Part shown: positions 8,792 through 16,700 of the stretch, piece by piece
Layout: the number at the start of each line of letters is the position of its first letter
Position numbering within the stretch: position 1 is the stretch's first letter
From: Kordiimonadaceae bacterium
GTDB taxonomy: Bacteria > Pseudomonadota > Alphaproteobacteria > Sphingomonadales > Kordiimonadaceae
Length of the DNA stretch: 60,152 bases
Assembly: GCA_016765035.1 (NCBI GenBank)
Contig: JAESQS010000026.1
Span: 1 to 60,152, forward strand
Direction: 5' to 3'
Translations under genes and position numbers: made by a program
The notes under the pieces: model-generated
Told to the model about the DNA's origin: nothing
The model's database searches: none
The model's input: only the letters and a program-made list of their open reading frames with translations

Positions 8792-10347
8792 TCCTCGAGC
8801 ATACAGATATAACGCGTGATTATAAGGAAACCGTTGATGTTGTTATCATCGGTTCGGGCTGTGGCGGCGCAACTGTTGGCAAGGAACTCGCAGCAGCAGG
8901 CCATAACGTGCTCATACTGGAACGTGGCGGTTATTACACAGCCAGCCGTGGAGACTTTGACCAGCGTAGTGACACCATGATGGCCCGCATAGATGGTAGC
9001 AGAGGGCTAGGCACCTCAAGTAACGGTGAGTTATCTCTCATGTATGGCAACTGTGTAGGCGGGGCTAGCGTGCATTATTGGGGCGACAGTTGGCGTTTAC
9101 CAGATGACCGTGCTCAAGACTATGCGGACATGGGTGTAAAGCACCATGATAGTGACGTATTAGCACCGCACTTTGACCGCATTGAAAAAGATCTGAATAT
9201 TCATATTCATGGGCCTGAATATTTCAACCGTATGAACCAATTGTTTGATAAAGCGGCAGGTGAACTAGGCTGGCATGTTGAAGGCGTGCCGCAAGCGCGG
9301 AAAGATTGTACCGGCAGCGGGCATTGTTTTCAGGGTTGCTCTTATGATGCAAAACAAAGCCAACTGGTAACCTATATCCCAGCTTTTACAAAAGCGGGCG
9401 GGCGCATATTTGCAGATTGTCATGTTGAAAAAATAACCACTGACAGTACCGGCGCAGCAAACGGTGTCGATGCCGTTTTTTTGAATAGGGAAACTGGTAC
9501 ACCAAACGGTTATAAACTGCGGGTGGATGCAAAGATTGTTGTGCTCGCAGCGGGCGGTTTTGCCTCGCCCCTTATTTGGTTAAAATCAGGCTTGCCGAAT
9601 GGCAGCGGCCAAGTGGGTAAAAACCTTCTGTGCAACCCAAACCCTTATTTATATGCCATGTTCGAAGAAAAAATAACATTGTGGGAAAATGTGCCTGCTG
9701 CCACGGGTACGTCAGATTTCCGGCTGGCGAAATATGACGCTAGCGGTGCTTACCTTGAAGGCGGATACTTACTACATCCTAATCAAATTCAACCAGAATT
9801 TCTGGCGGTTACGGTTCCTGGCTTTGGGGCAGAACACCGCGAATTGATGAATAAGCTAGACCATTTAGGCAGTGTAGTTTCCTGGATTGACGACGAAATA
9901 GGGGGTGAAATTCGTTTAAGCGAAACAGGCGAAGCAATTTATGATTACACCCTACAAGGCATAGACATGTTAAAAGCTCGCGATGCGATGAAAAAGCGAG
10001 CTGAGCTTCTGTTTGCTGCTGGTGCATATGATATTTTTGTACCGGATCTTGCTGGCACGCGCATTAAAACCAAAGCTGACATTGCTCTTTTGGATACGCT
10101 CGACTTGAGCGGCGGAAATTTCTTGTTTGCCGCACCACACCCTTCCAGCACCCTGTGTATGGGGGAAGATGCCAGTAAAAATGTTGTAGCTTCCACCCAT
10201 GAAGCCCACGAAGTGCCCGGTTTATTTGTGGCAGACCCAAGTGTCTTCCCCAAAGGGCCAAGCGTGGACCCATCCATGACCATTATGGCGTGGTCCTATG
10301 TGGCAACGCAGTTCATTCAACAAAAACTGGCTCAAAGGACCTTATGA
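8788..10347 (+). CDS. GMC family FAD oxidoreductase
   Basis: DVVIIGSGCGG, GNCVGGASV, CxGxGxCxxGC, VVLAAGG and GLFVADPSVFP motifs. Confidence 0.92.
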   Translation: MILEHTDITRDYKETVDVVIIGSGCGGATVGKELAAAGHNVLILERGGYYTASRGDFDQRSDTMMARIDGSRGLGTSSNGELSLMYGNCVGGASVHYWGDSWRLPDDRAQDYADMGVKHHDSDVLAPHFDRIEKDLNIHIHGPEYFNRMNQLFDKAAGELGWHVEGVPQARKDCTGSGHCFQGCSYDAKQSQLVTYIPAFTKAGGRIFADCHVEKITTDSTGAANGVDAVFLNRETGTPNGYKLRVDAKIVVLAAGGFASPLIWLKSGLPNGSGQVGKNLLCNPNPYLYAMFEEKITLWENVPAATGTSDFRLAKYDASGAYLEGGYLLHPNQIQPEFLAVTVPGFGAEHRELMNKLDHLGSVVSWIDDEIGGEIRLSETGEAIYDYTLQGIDMLKARDAMKKRAELLFAAGAYDIFVPDLAGTRIKTKADIALLDTLDLSGGNFLFAAPHPSSTLCMGEDASKNVVASTHEAHEVPGLFVADPSVFPKGPSVDPSMTIMAWSYVATQFIQQKLAQRTL

Positions 10348-10754
10348 TGAAAACCATTATCAGCCAAAACTTGTGGCGGGCTTTGTTTGCCTTGTTAGCC
10401 CTTAGTTTTTCAGACTCGTCTCTTCAAATTGAACTGGGGCATTTTGACGACATCGGCTTGCCCGCAGCCATGGTGTCAATGGAACGTGTGGGCAATGCAG
10501 CGGAGGCGGCAGGCTGGGCAATTGTCTTTATATTATCATTTGCAAAAAACCCGCTGATTGCTCCTGAACTTTGTTTGTTCCTTGCAGGCATGTTGTTTTT
10601 TGATGTGCATACAACATGGCCACTAGATATGCCGTTGCCGCCTTACTTTCTTGTGTGGGGGAGTGTGCTTGCAGCTGTTCAAATACTGGCAGGGCTTTCC
10701 TTATATAAAAAACGTGCGGCTTTTTATGCACAAGAGAATGGAGCTTTGTCATGA
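10344..10754 (+). CDS. Small integral membrane protein (paralog of next gene)
   Basis: About 4 hydrophobic segments; ATGA overlap with the GMC stop. Confidence 0.75.
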   Translation: MMKTIISQNLWRALFALLALSFSDSSLQIELGHFDDIGLPAAMVSMERVGNAAEAAGWAIVFILSFAKNPLIAPELCLFLAGMLFFDVHTTWPLDMPLPPYFLVWGSVLAAVQILAGLSLYKKRAAFYAQENGALS

Positions 10755-11143
10755 TGCTGCGTATCGCACTATTTTTACCCGTTCTTACGTTCGCAGGGTC
10801 TGCTTGGGGGGTTTATGTTGGTGACTTTGCCGGTGCTGGGTTTCCCGCCTCTGTCCTGCCTTTACATGCGTGGCTAAATGCCTTTGAAGCAAGCGGATGG
10901 CTGCTGTTGTGCATTTTTTATAAGCAAAGCTGGCTAAAACCAATTGCCTCGAAAATTGCCGTGTTTCTTGCCGGCATGTGGTGCTGGGACATGATTACAA
11001 CCATGAACCTGACCATGCCTGTACCCCCACAACAAATTGTCTGGGGACCCATCAGCATCGCCATCTTATTACTGATTGCATACGAACTTCACAGTCAGTC
11101 TGGCTCCTATGCCAGCCCTAGAATTAATACTCGAAAAGGATAA
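10751..11143 (+). CDS. Small integral membrane protein
   Basis: About 4 hydrophobic segments; shares EAxGW and FLAGM...D..TT..L.MP.PP with the previous ORF. Confidence 0.75.
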   Translation: MMLRIALFLPVLTFAGSAWGVYVGDFAGAGFPASVLPLHAWLNAFEASGWLLLCIFYKQSWLKPIASKIAVFLAGMWCWDMITTMNLTMPVPPQQIVWGPISIAILLLIAYELHSQSGSYASPRINTRKG

Positions 11144-11147
11144 AGTT

Positions 11148-12233
11148 ATGAGTAAAGAAAAAGCAGTTTTAATCGCCGGTGGCTATGGCATCGTAGGTGA
11201 GCAAATGGCTGGATTGTTACGGGAAAGAAACCCCAACCAACCCATCATCATTGCAGGCCGAGATAAAGCCAAAGCTGATGCTGTGGCCAAGCGGATTGGA
11301 AAGGCAAAAGGCGTTGCCCTTGATGTAACAAGACAGGGATCTGTGGCGGCGCTGGCTGGTGAAATTTCTGCAGTTGTGACAGCAGTGAATGATAGCCATA
11401 ATCATATCCTCGTTGAAACAGTGCGGGCGGGCATCCCGTATGTGGATATCACTCGCTGGACAGCGCTTCAGCGTAAAGCTGTATTGCGCGCATCTTTAGA
11501 GACTATCACTGCACCCGTTGTGTTTTCGTCATCTTGGATGGCAGGTGTTGCGGCGCTTGTGGCTAAGAAGCTGGCTGAGGGTTTCTCCCGCATTCACGAG
11601 GTAAATATTGATATTCTGTATTCTCTCAAGGATAAGGCTGGGCCTAATTCTATTGAATATGTAGACCAGCTTGGTACACCCTATGACGTATTTAAAGACG
11701 GTGAGATTGTTTCAGTCAAACCCATGACAGAGCCACGTATGGTCAGCTTTCCGGGTGGTATTGAGACCAAAACTTACCGCTTTGATACACCTGATCAAAT
11801 GACACTGCCTGTTACACTTGGGGCCAACAGTGTTTCTGCGCGCATTGCCTATGACGATAAATCCAGCGCAGCATTTCTCGCGTTTCTTGTCCGTGTTGGT
11901 ATCTGGAGCATTCTCAACCGCCCTGCCTTCACTAAAGTGCGCCGTGGCTTGCTTTATAACCCAGGCGAAGGCGGCTCTCAGGAGATTGTTGTAGAAATGA
12001 CAGGTACTGATACTAAAGGGCAGCCTTGCAAAACATCTGCATCCATTGTGGATCAGTCTGGGCAAACCCACTTGACGGCCCTTGGAGGTGTTATTCAAAT
12101 TGAACGTGTCCTTGGGCTGAATGGGGCAACAGGTGCCCCAAGCGGCATCACATTCCCCGAAAAGCATGAAGACATAGACCTTGCGCTTTCTATCTTAAAG
12201 GCGGGCGGCGTTAACGTCTCCTTCCAAGCCTGA
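11148..12233 (+). CDS. Saccharopine dehydrogenase-like NAD(P) oxidoreductase
   Basis: VLIAGGYGIVG, IIAGRD and GIPYVDIT motifs. Confidence 0.85.
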   Translation: MSKEKAVLIAGGYGIVGEQMAGLLRERNPNQPIIIAGRDKAKADAVAKRIGKAKGVALDVTRQGSVAALAGEISAVVTAVNDSHNHILVETVRAGIPYVDITRWTALQRKAVLRASLETITAPVVFSSSWMAGVAALVAKKLAEGFSRIHEVNIDILYSLKDKAGPNSIEYVDQLGTPYDVFKDGEIVSVKPMTEPRMVSFPGGIETKTYRFDTPDQMTLPVTLGANSVSARIAYDDKSSAAFLAFLVRVGIWSILNRPAFTKVRRGLLYNPGEGGSQEIVVEMTGTDTKGQPCKTSASIVDQSGQTHLTALGGVIQIERVLGLNGATGAPSGITFPEKHEDIDLALSILKAGGVNVSFQA

Positions 12234-12243
12234 AGTTTATCTC

Positions 12244-13008
12244 ATGGAAACAGATATATTTGACCTCAGTGGCCGAGTAGCCGTTGTTACTGGCGCAAGC
12301 CGGGGTATTGGTGAAGAAATTGCCAAAATTCTTGCCCAACACGGAGCACATATAATCGTCAGTAGCCGAAAAATTGATGATTGTACCAAAGTGGTTGATG
12401 CCATTGTTGCAAGGGGGGGGAGCGCTGCTGCCTTCGCTTGCGATATCGGCAATATGGATGATATCATGGCTCTTTTTACATATGTGAAAAACCACCATGG
12501 CGCGTTAGATATTTTGGTCAATAATGCAGCGGCCAACCCCTTCTTTGGGCATATTCTTGATACAGACCTGAATGCTTATAATCGAACTGTGGATGTTAAC
12601 ATCCGTGGCTATTTCTTTATGTCTGTCGAAGGGGCAAAATTAATGCGGGAAAAAGGGCGCGGTGTTATTTTGAATACCGCCTCTGTTAACGGCATTCGCC
12701 CGGGGCCGGGGCAGGGTATTTATTCCATAAGCAAAGCCGCTGTCATTAACATGACCAAGGCTTTTTCCCGGGAATGCGCAGCATTTGGCATCAGGGTCAA
12801 CGCTTTGTTGCCGGGCTTAACTAAAACCAAGTTTGCCGGGGCATTGTTTACGGATGATGCCAGCTATAAAAGCTTGGTTAAAATGATCCCCATGGGGCGC
12901 CACGCCACGCCAGACGAAATGGCAGGAACAGCCCTGTACCTAGTCTCCGATGCCAGCAGCTATACCACTGGCGAAAGCATCCTTGTCGACGGTGGCCTAA
13001 CGAATTAA
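12244..13008 (+). CDS. Short-chain dehydrogenase/reductase
   Basis: TGASRGIG, NNAA, YSISK and VDGG motifs. Confidence 0.95.
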   Translation: METDIFDLSGRVAVVTGASRGIGEEIAKILAQHGAHIIVSSRKIDDCTKVVDAIVARGGSAAAFACDIGNMDDIMALFTYVKNHHGALDILVNNAAANPFFGHILDTDLNAYNRTVDVNIRGYFFMSVEGAKLMREKGRGVILNTASVNGIRPGPGQGIYSISKAAVINMTKAFSRECAAFGIRVNALLPGLTKTKFAGALFTDDASYKSLVKMIPMGRHATPDEMAGTALYLVSDASSYTTGESILVDGGLTN

Positions 13009-13479
13009 TAGAGCTATTGAACATTGAAGGGTTTTGGTTTCATCGTAATGACGTAAGGAATGAAGGTGAGAGCAAAACCCAGCCGACTAAAAAGTCTGCT
13101 GCCAAGGTGGTTAAGGTAAGGCACTATGGTGCTGAAGATAAATACGCATTGATATTTCACATAGACAGTTTGCGTAGGTATATAAGCCATCAGGCAATAT
13201 ACGGCGTAATTTTCTGTTGGGTGGCCTTTAGCTGGTATGGGCCCGCAATAGCAGCCGTACAAATTACAATCAACGCACCGAATGTAGCCTGACGGTGTTC
13301 AAAGTTCACGGTTGTATGACCAACTAACAAGCCAATCGCATCGCCTGTATATATCAACCCAATTACCTTTTTGGTGTGCTGTCATCGCACTATTTATTGG
13401 CTTTTTAGTAGCCATGCTTAAATGTCCTTATGTATAATTTTTTGTTGGCACACAGCCGCATATGCGGAATTAGTGCAGC

Positions 13480-13605
13480 TGACGTGCCCCCACTAAATTA
13501 GACCATTTATTACTGGAATTTTCCAATTATGATCCCAATTTCGTGAAGCGTAAATTGCGTTTATTTTGGAGCAAGCTGATGAAGGAACGGTAGTTGCCGA
13601 AGTGT
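13480..13605 (+). mobile_element. IS3-family (IS407-like) left-end remnant
   Basis: TGACGTGCCCCC terminus followed by a decayed OrfA reading FREA*IAFILEQADEGTVVAEV. Confidence 0.65.
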
Positions 13606-13619
13606 GACGGGTGCACCAT
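13606..13619 (+). repeat. att direct repeat (tRNA-Arg 3' end)
   Basis: GACGGGTGCACCAT, identical to 2891-2904. Confidence 0.85.
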
Positions 13620-13664
13620 CTTTTATCATAAATCAATGAGCCTTGGTCGTGGCTTTGAGCGCAC

Positions 13665-13700
13665 AAAAAAGCCCCTCGCCATGTGGCGAAGGGCTTTATC
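13665..13700. terminator. Bidirectional intrinsic terminator
   Basis: AAAAAAGCCCCTCGCCATGTGGCGAAGGGCTTT hairpin between the tRNA 3' repeat and the end of the adhesin gene. Confidence 0.75.
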
Positions 13701-13723
13701 TTTCCCGGAAAATCTACAGGGTT

Positions 13724-16700
13724 TTAGCTTACAACTATCTGGCCTGCATCGATGATCTGCTGCAGTTGGCTTTCGTCAAACCCTATCAGCGTGATGCTGC
13801 CTTCATTACCAATGGTCAGCACAACGTTCCCGCCGTCAAACACGGCACTGCTTTGAATGTCGGCCAATGTTAATCCTTCAATCAATGAAAAGTCGAGTTG
13901 ATCACTATTGCCCTCAGAGCTGCCAAAGTCACTGATAGTATCGCTGCCAAACCCTGTGATGAAACGGAAATGATCATTGCCTTCACCGCCGGTTAAAGCA
14001 TCATTCCCGGCGCTGCCCCAAATTTCATCATCACCAATGCCGCCTGTGACAGTATCATCGCCGTCACCGCCAAACAGGGTGTCATCTCCGCTGCCACCAT
14101 CAATACTGTCTTGCCCGAAAGACCCAAAGACCTGATCATTGCCGCCCCCGCTCATCACTTCGTCACCGCCTTCGCCAGCACCAATGATGTCAGCTTGTCC
14201 GTCACCAAATACAGTGTCGTTAACGCGCCCTGCCACGATCACGTTCTCGCCGGAACCAGTTTCTACTGCCTTTTTAGTCGTGGTGTCATAGGAGCCGCCG
14301 ATAATCAAATCATCGCCGTCGCCGCCAAGCAGCGTATCGTCTCCAGCCGCGGTCAAGTTATTGAGGTCAAGGCCCGCCGCTGCGTCACCACCAACGATCA
14401 AATCAGCACCTTGGCCACCATCAATGTTATCGTTACCGCCGCCGCCGTTCACACTATCATTGCCGCCAGCAGACTCGATAATGTCGTCCAAAGCAGCACC
14501 TGATAAGTTATCATCACTGCTATCAGTATCCTCAGCTTTACGCACAATCACGGGTGCCGGCGCCTCATCTGGCGCATCACTGCCACTACTTGGTGTTGGA
14601 GTAGGAGTAGAAACGACTGGTGTTGGGGTTGGCGTTGCTTCTGCAACGTCTGTAACTGACACAGTGCGCACCGCGCCCACACTCCCCACTGAGCCGGTAT
14701 TTACAGTGAATGTAATTTCCCGATCCGTTGTCGAGGGGGTATCGGATGTATTGTTAAAGGTAACGGCACGCAGAGCAGCCTGCCACTCTGCTAGGGTTGC
14801 TGTACCGCCAGCCGATGAAAGATACAATGACCCTTTGCTCGCGTCAAAACTATCAATAACAATATTGCCCATGGTGCTTGGGTTCAAGACTAGCGACAGC
14901 ACATCCGATGCACTTTCCAGCCCAGCGCCAATATCTATTTTAGCCGAAGCTAGCACGGTGTCTGAAGCGCTTGTAATTGTTAAACTGCCGTCGATCAGTA
15001 CGGCACCTGCATCTTCCGTGAATGCAAGTGTACTATCAGTGGATAGTGTTATCTCCGGCGCTTTGTGAGCGCCAACCGCAAGGAAAGCCGGGTTCATTAA
15101 TATGGCACCGTCAGCAACTGCCCCACCTAACACACCGTTGTTTGTAGTGGTGGATACAAAAATATCCGCTACAGCATTGGTGGTCGCGCTACCGCTTGTC
15201 GGTGTGAAGGCGTTGGTAACAATCAATGTGCCCGTTACATTCACCGCTGATCCCATTTCAACAATAATGTCATCAACGGCACCATCACCAGACACGATGC
15301 TGTCACTGATATTGAGTACCCCGTTGTTTGTAAGCGATACTTGGTCAGCCCCTGTTGTACCGCCGCCATAGTTGCCTGTGATGGTTGAATTGCTGATAGA
15401 AACCGTGCTGTTATCTATAAGCAAGCCACCGCCACCGCCGCCCGTGGCACCTGCGATAATCGTATTCGTCAGGCTTACCGTGCCAGCACCAACAAATGCT
15501 ACCGCTGAACCGCTGGTGGAAGATGCATTAGTGAAAATGCTATCTGTGATCGTAACATCAGCGCCGCTTGTGGCATGAAGGCCCACGCCGCCTGTTGCGC
15601 CTTCGCCACCAGTTACTGTACTGTTGGCGAGTGTTAAGGCCGTTGTGCCGCCACTTACTGCTATGCCGCCGCCGCCACTTGATCCGCCATCTAGGATAGT
15701 CAGCGCATTCCGCGTGCTTGTACCCCCTGTAATGTTGAAGATACGAGTGTTATAGTTAGCGTCAATAGTAACATCAGCTTTGTTATCACCGTCAATATCA
15801 CCATTAATTGTAACTGAATCAGTAACTGCAAGCTCACCTGTCGCCTGGTTCAGTGCGATAGTTTGCCCGCCTGCAAAAACCGTGCTGTCGAAATTGATGG
15901 TATCAGCACCCGAAGCTGCGTTTGAAAGAAGCAGCGCTTCCCTCAATGATAGCCCGCCACCGTCTGCTGTTTCTGCTGCCAAATCACCGGTTACTGTCAA
16001 ATCATCACCAGAGTCTAGCAATGTCGTCACCGTAAAAGCGGCCCGCGCCGTAACTGTTATAGTTGAACTATCTGAAAGGGCCGCAACGCCGCCACTATCA
16101 TCTGTCAGGCTGGTTATGGTCACCACACGGTCGCCGGCCGTCGCACTACTAGATGTGTTTTGGTAGGTGATGCTGTTTAGCGTGCTATTCAATTGGCTAT
16201 TCGCCGCGGGGCCACCAGACAAGGTCACAGTTATGGTTGTGCCGCTGCCAGTTACCGCAGCTGTAAAATTATTGGCACCGGGTATGGTAAAGCCAGAGGC
16301 ACCGGCCGTCAGTGGTATTTGTGTGCCGCTGATATTTATAAACTCGCTGCCCGCATCGCTTACATTTGTAACAGTGATGACAATCTCGTCAACGCGATCA
16401 TTTGCTTCAACAGACGTGCCGTTTGCGCTGTTAAACAATGCAACTGCGTCTGCGCCAGAAAGATAAGCAGGGTCTTCACTGTTAATGCTCAAAGTCGGCA
16501 CGTCATTGGTAGTTGTAATTGCGATTGTGCGTGTGGCAGCAACACTTGCAGAGGTGCCATCGTTGGCCGTTATGGAAATTGTTCTGCTCGTTGATGGGTC
16601 ATTTGAGGTATTAACAAAGGTAACAGCTTGTAAGGCCGCTTCCCATTCAGCATCCGTTGGTGTACCGCCGCCATTACTCAAGGTAAGAAGGCCTGGTGTG

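Larger units (their letters stand above)
2891..13619. mobile_element. Decayed genomic island integrated at the tRNA-Arg 3' end
   Basis: 14-bp direct repeat GACGGGTGCACCAT at 2891-2904 and 13606-13619; ParB, integrase and IS remnants at the edges. Confidence 0.75.

Noticed and set aside
13014-13420. Short ORFs on both strands; a minus-strand segment (GDAIGLLVGHTTVNFEHRQATFG) faintly resembles a decayed GNAT
   Set aside because: Multiple stops and too little similarity to support a call.
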